From Stegostoma tigrinum (lineage: Eukaryota): a stretch of 64,000 nucleotides of DNA. A program made the position numbers and the translations under genes. The stretch is taken from contig NC_081359.1 of NCBI RefSeq assembly GCF_030684315.1, positions 17,494,184-17,558,183 on the forward strand, read 5' to 3'. The notes under the pieces were generated by a model. The model was not told the DNA's origin. It did not search any database and saw nothing but the letters and a program-made list of their open reading frames with translations. This document shows, piece by piece, positions 1 to 12,149 of this stretch; positions within the stretch are counted from its first letter, which is position 1; each line of letters begins with the position of its first letter.

Positions 1-100
1 GCTAAGATGGCACAAGATGGGGTGACATTGTAAACCTTTCACTGTACTCCTGTACTTGAGTACACATGACAATAAAGGACATTCTATTCTATCCTATTCT
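1..100 (+). mobile_element. 3' tail of a non-LTR retrotransposon (Rex1/Babar- or L2-like)
   Basis: cactgtactcctgtacttgagtacacatgacAATAAA followed by an (attct)n-like tail attctattctatcctattct. Confidence 0.45.
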
Positions 101-879
101 CGTCTCCCTTTTTCTAGACATTCTTACTGATTTTTAAAGTCTACCAATCTTCTGACTTGTAACTAATCTTTTCAGATTTTCCCAGTATTTGGACATATAG
201 CCTACATACCTGGCCACAGCAGCACTGAAATTCATATGCAATATTATTTTCATTTATATGTTAGGCAGGATGTCTGTTTGGCTTGAGGGCAGCATACTGT
301 TAGTGTGGCAAACACTACTCATTTTTGTACTGCATAGTATCAGCATGATGTAACCCCACTCATGTGATGCTCAATGCTTTGAGATGACCTTACCCTTAAT
401 CTGAGGTAGTTTGAGCAATTTTCAGGACCAAGAGTGACTTTCTTAGGTCCATTCATGAATTTGCACAGTATTTAGCAAGAAATTATTTGATCAAGGTTGC
501 CACAATTAAATGACAAATGGTTTCCTTACTTCAGCATCAAGCTTGTACAGTGAGCAAATAGCCTGGGCCTTATTTATGAGGTTGTCAATAAGGCTGATCT
601 TATAACATGTAAAACTGCAGGAATCCTAATGCCCATGCTGACCAGTGAAGGTAAGTTTCTGGCAGGCAGCAGTAGAGAACACCCCGGCTGATTCTTCAAG
701 AAGTGAAACTAGGCAATGGTATCAAATGGTATATTTCTTTATGCTCAACTATTCTGCAAAAATACAAGGCATTACTGAACATTTGGTGTGATTTCATGTC
801 AAAATTTGCTGGATAATCCTGAGTGTGTGAAGAATTATTCTGACAACTAACTTAGGATGGACTGTTGAATTTGCTGTGT

Positions 880-2540
880 GTAATTTTATTGACGAATGCC
901 AGATGAAAAGTTTCAACAAAGCAGTGCCAAATGGATGATCTATCTCAGATTCCTCCAGTGGTTCCCCAGCATCACAGATACCAGACTTCAGCCAAACGGA
1001 TTCACTTTGCGTGATATCTATAAACAGTTGGAGATACAGGATATTGGAAAGGCTATGGGCTCTACACCTTTCTGGCAAGCATACTGAAGACTTGTGTTCC
1101 AGAAGTTGCCATTCCACTAGTCATGGTCTTCCAGTCCAGTTCCAACACTGGCATCTACCCAAGAGTGCGGAAAATTGCCCACATTAGTCCTCTACACAAA
1201 AATCAGGACAAATCCAACTCAGCTAATTATTGTCTCATCAGTCTACTCTCAATCATCAGTAATGTGATGGATGGAAGGTATCAACAGCACTATGAAGAAA
1301 CACCTGCTCATAATAATAAGCTCATGAACACTCAGTTTGGAAACTGAGGATCACTCAGCTCGACCTCATTACAACCTTGGTTCAAACTTGGGTAAAACAG
1401 CTGAATTTCAGAGGTGAGGTGAGAGTGACAGCTCTTGACATCAAGGCTGTATTCAACCAAGTGTGACACCAAAGAGCCCTAGCGAGACTGGAATCAATGG
1501 GTATTATGGGGCAAACTCTCTGCTGGCTAGAGTCATACTTTGCACACCGGAAAATGACTGTGATTATTGGTGGTCTGTCATCTCAATTCCTGGACATCTC
1601 TGCAGAGTTGCTCAAGGCCAAACCATTTTCAGCTTTTTCATAAATGACCTTCCCTCCGTCATAAAGTCAAAAATGGGGATGTCTGCTGATAATTGCATAA
1701 TGTTCAGCACCATTCGTGACTGAAGCAATTTGTGTTCAAATGCAACAAGATCTGGACAATATCCAGGCTTGGGTTGATAAGTGACAAGGAGCATTTGCAC
1801 CAAACAAATACCAGGCAATGACCATCACCAATAAGAGACAAATCCAACTGCCATCTCTTGACATTCAATAGGGTCACTATCACTGAATCCCCACTATCAA
1901 CGTCATGGGGAGAGATTACAATTGACCAGAAACTAAATTGGACTTGTCACATATAAACAATGCCTACAAGAGCAGGGCAGACATTAGCAATACAGCAGCA
2001 CATAACTCACCTACTGACTCCCCACAGACTGTCCACAAGGCAGAAATCAGCAACATGATGGAATACTCCCCATTTGCCTTGATGGGTGCAGTTCCAACAG
2101 CACTCAAGAAGCTGACAACATCCAGGACAAAGCAGCTCACTTAATTATCAACACATCCACACGATCCACCACCTCTGCTCTGTAGCAGCAGTGTGCACTA
2201 TCTACAAGACGCACTGCAGAAATCTAACAGAGATCCTTTTACATCACCTTCCAAACCCCTGACCATTTCCATCTAGAAGGACAAGGGCAGCAGATACGTG
2301 GGAAGGCCATCATCTGCAAATTATCCTCCAAGTCACTCACCATCCTGACTTGGAGGTATAACAACAATTCTTCATGTCGCTGGGTCGATATCCTGGAATT
2401 TCCTCCGTAAGGGCATTGTGGGTCAATTCGCAGCACATAGTCTACAGCATCTCAAGAAGGCAGTTCATCACCAGGTTCTCAAGCGCAACTAGGGACGGGC
2501 CAGCCAGCGATACTCACATCCCACGAATGAATATAAAAAG
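880..2540 (+). mobile_element. Decayed CR1/L2-group LINE (here called LINE-X): RT domain plus 3' tail
   Basis: Frameshifted RT peptides KIAHISPLHKNQDKSNSANYCLISLLSIISNVM, TIFSFFINDLPSVIKSKMGMSADNC, MEYSPFALMGAVPTALKKL; 3' tail ...ctagggacgggccagccagcgatactcacatcccacgaatgaatataaaaag. Confidence 0.85.
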
Positions 2541-2554
2541 TATCCATTTCAGAA

Positions 2555-2945
2555 GTACACCTGGACAAGTATTCAGAATTCAGCAGTTAAATTCTGGTAC
2601 AGCAATTGGAAATTTAAATGAAGTGAAATAAATAAAACCGGAATTTTAGAATATCTAAATCCTAGAATATCTAGGATTAGTGATGGTGATTATGAACACT
2701 GGATTATTGCAAGAACGCATTTGATTCACCAAATTCAACATAGGAAGGTAAAGTGCCATCCTTACCCTGTCTGGCCTATGTTTGATTCCAGCTGCAATGC
2801 GGCTCATGGTTAACCGCCTTCTGAAATGGCTCAGCAGCTGCATTCAAGAAGTTGGCTCTTCACCAGCTCATCAAGTACAAGTAGGAATTGATACTGAATT
2901 CTGACCTGGCCAGTGACAGTTATGTCCACGAATTTAAAACAAAAA
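2555..2945 (+). mobile_element. Decayed tRNA-headed SINE sharing the LINE-X 3' tail (here called SINE-B)
   Basis: Body ggaaggtaaagtgccatccttaccctgtctggcctatg resembles copies at 20415-20925, 44666-44870 and 61538-61880. Confidence 0.6.
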
Positions 2946-3187
2946 TATGGTAGGAAAAACATTCACACTGAACTATATCAGGAAATGTTAGGCTGAATGG
3001 TCACAAACTCGGTTAAAGTGGTGTGTGTAATTGGTACGTTAAAGCCAAAATGTAAGGCATAAATGGAAGGCAGCACTCATGTTACTCATTAGAAATTATT
3101 CAAAATACATGAAAATGGACATAAAATTTTGAATTTATTACACTTCAAGTCAAGATTTTGATCAAGCCTAAATACTTATGGACAGTG

Positions 3188-3540
3188 TCATAGAATTATA
3201 CAGCACAGGAACCGATCCTTCACCAACTCATCCGTGCCAAACAAATATTGAACTAGTCCCATTTGCCTACATTTGGTTCACATCCTTCTAAACCTTTCCT
3301 ATCCATGTACCTGTCCAAATTATTTTAAATGTTGTAATTGTACCCATCTCTACCACTTCCTCTGGCAGTTCATTCCATACACACACCATCCTCTATCTGA
3401 AAATGTTGCTCATCAGGTCCCTTTTAAACTTTTCCCTTCTCATTTTGGAGTCCCCGACCCTTGGGAAAATACTCAGGCTATTCATCTTATCTATGCCTCT
3501 CATAATTTTATAAACCATATATGGTCACCCCTCAGCCTGC
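3188..3540 (-). mobile_element. CR1 LINE 3' end
   Basis: Typical CR1 3' UTR in reverse (catagaattatacagcacagg...ctctaccacttcctctggcagttcattcc), similar to many other copies in the window. Confidence 0.85.
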
Positions 3541-3885
3541 GAAGGGCTTGGATGGAGAGGGATTTGTGAAGCGTGTTCAAGAAAACTTTCTTATTCAATA
3601 TGTGGAAATACCTACTAGAGAAGGAGCAAAACTTGACCTTCTCTTGGGAAATAATGCAGGGCAAATTACTGAGGTGTTAGTGGGGCAGCACTTTGGGACC
3701 AGTGACCATAATTCTATTAGTTTCAAAATACTTATGGAAAAGGATTGACCTGATCTGAAAGTCAACTTTCTAAATTGGAGTCAAGCCAATCTTGCCAGTA
3801 TTAGACCGGAACATTCAAAGGTTGATTGAGGGAGGCTGTTCGCAGGTCAAGGGACGTCGGGCATGTATTAGGCTTTCAAAAATTA
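3541..3885 (+). mobile_element. CR1 ORF2 fragment (end of endonuclease domain), head-to-head with the preceding piece
   Basis: Peptide VQENFLIQYVEIPTREGAKLDLLLGN...FGTSDHNSISF contains the APE SDH motif. Confidence 0.85.
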
Positions 3886-3909
3886 AACATTGTGTATCGT
3901 TCTCTTTAC

Positions 3910-4090
3910 TTCAACAACAGTACGCATTAAAATAGCATAATAGGGTGACAAAACATCTTAACATGCTTCACAGGAGCAATGAGTAAACAAAATTTGACAC
4001 AGATATTAAAACTGGTGACAGAAAGAGTGAGGTTTTAAGAACCATCTTAAAAGAGGAGGGGCAGATCGTGTAGTTCATGGAGGGTGCTAA
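3910..4090 (-). mobile_element. Old L2 LINE 3' fragment
   Basis: Similar to 38265-38620 (caacttgc...catgcttcacagg...aaaatttgacac...catcttaaaagagg). Confidence 0.5.
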
Positions 4091-4329
4091 AAAGTTGTGA
4101 GGAAAAACAGGAAATCTAATCACTCTTAAATAGGTATCCTCTATGTATCTGTTGGCAATTAGTTAACCACACTGAAAAACTAGGTCGGATTATTGATTGA
4201 CTGATAAACAATCAACGGTGGCATTGTCTTTCTTCAAAGAGGAAAATGAGATGCCATCTAATGAGTTTAGCAATATATACACTTAAAAAAAGTTAAAGGA
4301 AAATTCCGTGGCAAAGTGATTATTAAATA

Positions 4330-4903
4330 CTATTGATACAACAATTGCTACAAGGACGCCTTGCTCAAATGCTGCAACACAGGACAACTTGCACATCAAA
4401 CAGCATTGGCAGCAAGTGATAGATGAGACTGAGGGATTTCACAATCACTGTAGCAGAACTCGCGATGACCATGAAACTATTGCCGACATGTGACTCCAGA
4501 CCCACAGCAATGTCGGTGACTCTCAACTACCCTCTGAAATTGCCTAGCAGGTCATTCAGTTGTATCAATTGCCACTGAGTCTCAACAGAGAAATGAAATC
4601 AGACAGACTACCTGGTACTGGCCTAGGCACCGGAAAAGACAATGGCAGAAACAGCCCTGTTGACCTTGCAAAGTCCTGGGAAGATCTGTTCCAAAGACTT
4701 GTCAAGCAACAGCCTGAAATAGTCATTCTCATGGAATCAGACCTTATAGACAATGTCCTAAACACCATTTCACCATTCCTGGATATGTCATATCCAACCA
4801 CCCCGACTGACCCAAGCACAGGTTGTGGTACAATGGTGCATACAGTCGGGAGAGAATTGGCCTGGGAGTCCTCAGCATCGACTCCAGAACTCATCAGGTC
4901 TCA
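4330..4903 (+). mobile_element. LINE-X 5' UTR and start of the AP-endonuclease domain (rearranged)
   Basis: Peptides RLVKQQPEIVILMESDLIDNV and YSRERIGLGVLSIDSRTHQVS; upstream sequence is shared with the SINE-B body. Confidence 0.7.
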
Positions 4904-4905
4904 CG

Positions 4906-7669
4906 AAGAACAAAGAACAAAGAAAATTACAGCACAGGAACAGGCCCTTTGGCCCTCCAAGCCTGTGCTGATCCAGATCCTCTATCTAAACCTGTCGCCT
5001 ATTTTCCAAGGATCTGTATCCCTCTGCTCCCTGCCCATTCATGTATCTGTCTAGATACATCATACATGATGCTATCCTGCCCGCCTCTACCACCTCCGCT
5101 GGCAATGCATTCCAGGTACCCAACACCCTCTGCGTAAAGAACTTTTCATGCATATCTCCCTTAAACTTTTCCCCTCTCACCTCGAAACCGTGACCCTTCA
5201 AAGCATCCACATCTTTTTGGTAATGTAGCAGCCAGAACAGTATGCAGCATTCCAATGTGGTCAAACCAAAGTTCTATACAAGTGTAACATGACCTGCCAA
5301 CTCTTGTACTCAATACCCTGTCCGATGAATGAAAGCATGCTATATGCCTTCTTGGCTACTCTATCGACCTGTGTTGCCACCTTCAGGGTACAATGGACCT
5401 GAACGACCAGATCTCTCTGTGCATCAATTTTCCCCGGGGCTTTTCCATTTCCCGTATAGTTTGCTCTTGAATTGGATCTTCCAAAATGCATTTGCCTGGA
5501 TTGAACTCCAAGTGCCATTTCTCATCCCAATTCTCCAATCTATCTATATTCTGCTGCATCCTCCGACAGTCCCCTTTACTGTCTGCTACTCTACCGATCT
5601 TAGTGTCATCTGTAAACTTGCTAATCAGACCATCTATACCTTCCTCCAGATCATTCATGTATATCACAAACAACAGTGGTCCCGACACAGATCCCTGTGG
5701 AACACCACTGGTCACAGTTCTCCATTTTGAGAAACTCCCTTCCACTACAACTCTCTGTCTCCCGTTGCCCAGCCAGTTCTCTATCCATCTAGCGAGTACA
5801 CCCTGGACCCCATGCGACTTCACTTTCTCCATCAGCCTACCATGGGGAACCTTATGAAACGCCTTACTGAAATCCATGTATATGACATCTACAGCCCTTC
5901 CCTCATCTATCAACTTTGTCACTTCCTCAAAGAATTCTATCAAGTTGGTAAGACATGGCCTTCCCTGTATAAAACCATGCTGCCTATTACTAATAAGCTC
6001 ATTTTCTTCCAAATGTAAATAGATCCTATTTACAGCTTCCCCACCACTGACATCAGGCTCACCGGTCTATAATTTCCTGGATTATCCTTGCTACCCTTCT
6101 TAAACATGGGGAGAACATTAGCAATTCTCCAATCCTCCGGGACTTCACCCATGCTCAAGGATGCTGCAAAGATATCTGTAAAGGCCCCAGCAATTTCCTC
6201 TCTTGCTTCCCTCAGTAACCTGGGATAGATCCCATCCAGACCTGAGGACTTGTCCACCCTAATACCTTTTAGAAAACCTAACACTTTCCCCCCATTTTAT
6301 CGCAACCTGACCTAGAGAATTCAAACATCTATCCCTAACCTCAACATTCGTCATGTCCCTCTACTCAGTGAATACTGAAGCAAAGTACTCATTAAGAATC
6401 TTATTCATTTTCTCTGACTCCTCGCATAACTTCCCTCCTTTGTCCTTGAGTAGGCCAACCCTTTCTCTAGTTACTGTCTTGCTCCTTATGTATGAATGAA
6501 AGGCTTTGGGATTTTCCTTAACCATGTTTGCTAAAGATATTTCATGATCCCATTTAGCCCTCTTAAGTCCTCATTTCAGATTGGTCCTACTTTCCCGATA
6601 TATTTCCAAAGTGTTGTCTGTTTTCAGTCGCCTAGACCTTATGCATGCTTCCTTTTTCCTCTTTGCTTGTCTCTCAATTCACCTGTCATCCATGGTTCCC
6701 TAACCTTGCCCATTCTATCTGTCATTTTCACAGGGACATGTCCGTCCTGCACTTGAATCAATCTCTCTTTAAAAGCCTCCTACATATCAACTGTGGATTT
6801 ACTCTCAAACAGCTGCTCCCAATCCACATTCCTCAGCTTCTGTTGAATTTTGCTCTCATTGGCCTTCCCCCAATTCAGCAGTCTTCCTTTCGGACCACAC
6901 TCGTCTTTTGTCCATCAGTATTCTAAAACTTAACAGAATTGTGATCAGTATTCCCAAAGCAATCCCCTACTGAAACTTCAACCACCTGGCCGGGCACATT
7001 CCTCAACACCAGGTCCAGTATATAAACACTATATACATATAGCTCTCAAAAACCCTCCTGGATGCTTCTTACAAATTCTGCTCCATCTAAACCCCTCACA
7101 CTAAGTGAATCCCAGTCAATGTTGGGAAAATTAAAATCTCCCATCACCCCACTTGTTGCTCCTACATCTTTCCATAATCTGTCTACATATTTGTGCCTCT
7201 ATCTCACACTCGCTTTTGGGAGGCCTATAGTACAGCCCCAACATTGTTACTGCATCCTTCCTATTTCTGAGCTCTGCCCATATTGCCCCACTGCTCGAGT
7301 TCTCCATCATGCCCTCCCTCAGCACAGCTTTGACCAGTAATGCAACTCCTCCACCCCTTTTACTTCCCTCTCCATCCCACCTGAAGCATCTATATCCTGG
7401 GATATTTAGTTGCCAATCTTGCCCTTCCCTCAACCAAGTCTCAGTAATAGCAATAACATCATACTTCCAGGTACCGATCCAAGCCCTAAGCTCATCTGCC
7501 TTATCTACTACACTTCTCGCATTAAAACAAATGCACCTCAGACCACCTGTCCCTCTGCGTTTATTATCTGCTCTCTGCCTACTCTTCCCCTTAGTCACAC
7601 TGACTTCATTATCTAGTTCCTTACAGGCTTTAGTTACCACCTCCTTACTGTCCACTAATCTCCTCATTT
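4906..7669 (-). mobile_element. CR1 LINE ORF2 (APE + RT) and 3' tail, decayed
   Basis: APE: LRCICFNARSV, YDVIAITETWL, RGGGVALLVK; RT: PGNYRPVSL, QHGF, YMDFSKAF, SGVPQGS, KFTDDTK; (ttctttg)n-type tail at 4906. Confidence 0.95.
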
Positions 7670-7686
7670 TTAGATTAGATTCCCTA

Positions 7687-8355
7687 TGGTCATCTCCCTC
7701 CAAAACAGGTATACTGTTTTGGATACTGTTGGGGGAGAGGGCTCACCAGGGAAAGGCAGCAATAGCCAGGTTCATGGTACTGTGGCTGACTCTGCTATAG
7801 AGAAGGGCTGGAAAAAGAGTAAAAGGGCTATAGTTATAGGGGATTCGATTGTAAGGGGAGTAGATAGGCGGTTCTGTGATTGAAAATGAGACTCCTGAAT
7901 GATACGTTGCCTCCCAGGTGCACGGGTCAGGGATGTCTCAGATCGACTGCAGGACATTCTGAAGGATGAGGGTGAACAGCCAGCTGTCATGGTGCATATA
8001 GACATCAATGATATAGGTAAAAAGAAAGCAGGATGAGGTCCTACAAGCAGAATTTAGGGAGTTAGGAGCCAAGTTAAAAAGTAGGACCTCAGAGGTAGTA
8101 ATCTCAGGGTTGCTACCAGTGCCACGTGCTGGTCAGAGTAGAAATGAAAGAATAGGCAGGATAAATGAATGGCTTAAGAGATGGTGCAGGAGGGAGGGGT
8201 TCAAATTTTTGGGACATTGGGACTGGTTTGGGGGAGGTGGGACAATTACAAATCGCACGGTCTACACCCAGGCAGGACTGGAGCCAATGTCCTAGGGGCT
8301 ACTTTTGTTAATGCTGTTGGAGGGGGTGCCACTAATGTGGCAGGGGAATGGGAAC
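7687..8355 (+). mobile_element. Inverted 5' segment of the same CR1 (ORF1 SGNH-esterase region)
   Basis: Peptides VISLQNRYTVLDTV, AIVIGDSIVRGVDRRFC, LPVPRAGQSRNERIGRINEWLKRWCRREGFKFL. Confidence 0.9.
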
Positions 8356-8512
8356 ACCCTCCCCAAGGGCATGGTGGGTCAGCCTACAGCACATGGACAG
8401 CAGTGGTCCAAGAAGACAGCTCCTTGCCACATTCTCAAGGGATGTTAGGGAGAGGTATTAAACCCTGACCAGCCAGTGATACTCCACGACCCAGGATTGA
8501 ATAAAAGAAAAA
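8356..8512 (+). mobile_element. LINE-X 3' tail fragment
   Basis: Aligns by eye to 2400-2540 (aagggcatggtgggtc...ttctcaagggatgttaggga...cagccagtgatactcc...gaataaaag). Confidence 0.7.
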
Positions 8513-8644
8513 CATGATCGCTAGCATATTTATTTGAATTAGAATTGCAAGAAGTATTAAATGACCATAATCTAAAAGCACTCAGTATAATAACACAAAG
8601 GTGTTGACACTGTGAAACTAAATGATGTTGATTTTTTGCAAAAG

Positions 8645-8925
8645 AACTAAAGAATAGTAGACCACTCAGCCCTTCAGCCTGCTCTGCCTATTTAATACAT
8701 TCATGGCTGATCTCATCTTGGCCTTCCTACTCCCATTACCATTTAATCCGTTACTAATTAAAAATCTGTCTCTCTCCTCCTTAAATGTATTCAGTGTCCC
8801 GGGATCTGCCACACCCTGGCACAGTGAACTCCACACGCTCATGACCCTTTGAAAGATGCAATTCCTCCTCACCTCTGTTTTAAATTTGCTGCCATTTAGT
8901 CTACAACTATGGCCTCTCATTTCTG
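8645..8925 (-). mobile_element. CR1 3' fragment
   Basis: Peptide RGHSCRLNGSKFKTEVRRNCIFQRVMSVWSSL, typical CR1 ORF2 C-terminus. Confidence 0.85.
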
Positions 8926-9999
8926 TTTTCAAGTAGGGTTGGATGCAGATTAATTGTTTCATTCCAGCTAAACATTATTTTTATTTAGAGTATCAGAATG
9001 GTTGCAAAATTTGCCATTTCTTACAAATACATTTTTTGAGAAAGGTTTTTAACAAATTATTCCTTTTATGCTTCAGTACATTTTTCAATTTCCAAGCCTC
9101 ATACATAAAACAGCTTTTACATTGTCCCAATAGTAGAAAAGAAGGAACAAGTTTAGATTTCACGAAAAGGATCATGCAAGATTGTATAATACTTCTAAAA
9201 GGGACGAAGGAGACCAAATATATTACAGTCTCATGTTTTGTTGTCAATGCGTTGCATACCTTATAATGAAATTAATTTTTGAAACGGCATTTCATGTCTA
9301 TGGAAGATACAGACACGTAAGGGCCACTTTTCTTTTGAACTAAAAAGATAATGCTTTAAGTGAAAGAAATTTTGTAAAAAGATGTTTGCAATTTTAAAAA
9401 AGGTTACTGAAATACATTGTGAATTGTATATATGATGTTGCCTTTTTGAGCACAGAGGTAAAATTCCAGACAAACTGGGACTGGCTATGCATATTCAGGG
9501 CAATTTTGCCTGGAGACAATCTTTTGATTGACTTTTCAATGACACCAGCTGCTGTGTGAAGTAGCAGAGTGGTGGCAACCATGTTATTGATTTCTGGGCA
9601 GTTCCTACAGCCTTGGGTACAAGCAATACAGCAGAAACATCCAGCCTGAAAAGAAAAAAAAATCTCTCTCCGTCTCTCTCATTTGGCCTTCTGTGTGGAG
9701 AAGTACAATAAAATCCCGAGTAGCTAGCTACCGTCCCTCATCTTCCTCTGTAAGCTTGTACCTCAGAAAATCTCTTCTTGAAAGCACGGGGAAGAAACAT
9801 GCTCAGAGGCAGGGAGATGACAAATCCTCAACCACTGAATGAAAGACTCTGTAGCACCAACAAAGAGTCAGGAGGAATGGAAAGGAGCCAAAAGAAAACA
9901 AATCATCAATGTCTGTGATCTCGACTGTTGAGAAAGCCATGCTCGCTGACTTTTTTTTGCTGCCTTCTATTAATGTCTTATTGATTCATTGTTTGTAAT

Positions 10000-10858
10000 A
10001 TGACTCCCCAAAGCTTTCCACCATCCACAACGCACAAGTCAAGAGTGGATGAAGTTCTCCCCACTAATCTGGATGAGTGCAGCTCCAACAATACTCAAGA
10101 AGCTTGACAGCATCTACACAAAGCACCATATCCACAAACATTTAGTCCCTTCACCACTGATGTATGGCAGTAGCAGTGTGTATTATCTACAAGATGCCCT
10201 GCAGAAATCCACCAAAATACTTTAGGCGGCACTTACCAAAGCTACAACCACCACCATCTGGAAGGGCAGGGACAGCAGATACATGGTAATACCCACACCT
10301 GTAAGATTCCCTCCAAGCCACTCACCATTGAGACTCGGAAATACATTGACGTTATTTCAGTGTTGTTTGTCAAAATCCTAGCACTCTATCCCTAACAGCA
10401 TTTTAGTTTGGATTATACTCCCTACAGTGTAGAAACAGGCCCTTCGGCCCAACAAGTCCACACTGCCCCTTGAATCATCCCACCCAGACTCACCCTGCTA
10501 TAAGCCTCACACCGCTGAACACTACGGGCAATTTCGCATGGCCAATCCACCTAGCCTGCACATCTTTGGACTGTGAAAGGAAACCGGAGCACCCGGAAGA
10601 AACCCACGCAGACACAGGGAGAATGTGCAAACTCCACACAGACAGTCGCCTGAGGCTGAAATCGAACCCGGGTCCTGGCGCTGTGAGGCTGCAGTGCTAA
10701 CCACTGAGCCACAGTGCTGACCCAGGTCTAGCTAGACCAACTAGATTGCAGCAGTTCAAGAAAGTAGCTCACCACCATGTTACCCAGGGCACCTAAGGAT
10801 GGGTAATAAATTCTGGCCCAGCCACAGTCGTCCAGATTCCCCAAGTAAATTAAAGAAA
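10000..10858 (+). mobile_element. LINE-X 3' fragment interrupted by an HE1 SINE
   Basis: Aligns to 2010-2540; host sequence resumes after 10722. Confidence 0.8.
10403..10722 (-). mobile_element. HE1-type V-SINE
   Basis: tRNA-derived head with A box (gtggctcagtggttagc) and B box (gggttcgatt), V domain gtgtggagtttgcacattctccc, CR1-derived tail. Confidence 0.92.
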
Positions 10859-10927
10859 CATAGCTGTAAAGTTACTTCAATTCTTGAAGAGCTTTCCAGC
10901 TCATACATATTTCGCCTAGTTCCTGTC

Positions 10928-11030
10928 TTCACCTACGAAGGACCTTAGCTCCAAAAGCTTGTGATTTCAAATAAACTTGCTGGACAATAACTTGATGTTG
11001 GTGTGACTTGTAGCTTTGCCCACCCCTGTA
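10928..11030 (+). mobile_element. Penelope-derived short element (family 3) with degenerate hammerhead
   Basis: cacctacgaaggaccttagctccaaaagcttgtgatttcaaataaac resembles both arms of 41686-41915. Confidence 0.55.
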
Positions 11031-12149
11031 CGTCACCGTGTTAAGGAGACCCTCACGTACTTGATGCAATAGCAAGACACTGACCTGGTTACAAAAACAT
11101 AATTCTTTATTATTAAGCATGTACAAGCTGTGGAGGATCGCTGTACTCAACCCGGCACAGAGTGCTGAGCTCCATAAGCAATTCTCCCTGAACAGCAGAC
11201 AGTGTCTGCTTTTTATACTCTATTTTGGGTGATACATAACACAATTACTACCTTTGGAACACATAGCGAACAGGATACAGCATTTATGGTTCACGAAGTG
11301 ACTGATAACAACAGAATGCAATTTCAAGCCGGCAAAGTGTCTGGCTTGAACAAAGGTCACTGACCTGGCCACTTCAGCAGAAACAGAAGTTTCAAACCTT
11401 TACAAAGATTTCATCCCTTCACAGAATTATAGAAGTATCACACCATTACAAACGTTTCCCACCCAATCCTATTCAGGCAGGAAGTTTAAGACAGTTTCCA
11501 CATACCCCTGTTTAGGAAGATAAGGAGCATAAAAATTAATGGGATGTTATCCCATTAACATCTCAGCCGGCACCTCCATATCGTGTCCATTAGTGCCAGA
11601 TATGGTGCAGTGGTTAGCTATCTCACTTGAGTCAGAAGAGCTTGTAGGGATATGTAAACAAGGATGAAGTTTGAAGGATAGTGTTCAGGTCTGTGGAAAT
11701 GGGGCCATCAATAATAACAATCAACACTGAAGTGAGGAAGGGAAGTTGAGTTGTCCAGCAGTCACGTTGGAATCAGGTCAAGATAGCAGGAGGGAGGATT
11801 CATGGACAAGATGAGCTAGGAACAGGACATGTGGAAAAGATAGCATTGAACTGGAGAAAGTTGCAAGTTCAGGGCTACGGCAGAAGTGAACTTTAATAAA
11901 AGTTTTGCCTGCTTGTTTTAGAGACAGTTTATGATGGCTTCAATCTTAGGGACAAAGAATTCTGAGTCTCCCTGCACTTGAAACTGAGCATGGAAAAAAA
12001 AATAGAGAGAAAGGCTATTTGCACAAACGAATACACAAGACAAAACATTTCAGGGTTTAACTTTGCATTCCAAGGTGATCATGGAATAGTGAGCACTTTT
12101 GACAGAGAATAAGAAAGACTCAATTAATGTTTTACAAGAGGTCATTGTT

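Noticed and set aside
5383-6012. 209-aa RT ORF as part of a novel RT-based system
   Set aside because: Ordinary CR1 ORF2 fragment with frameshifts and deletions on both sides.
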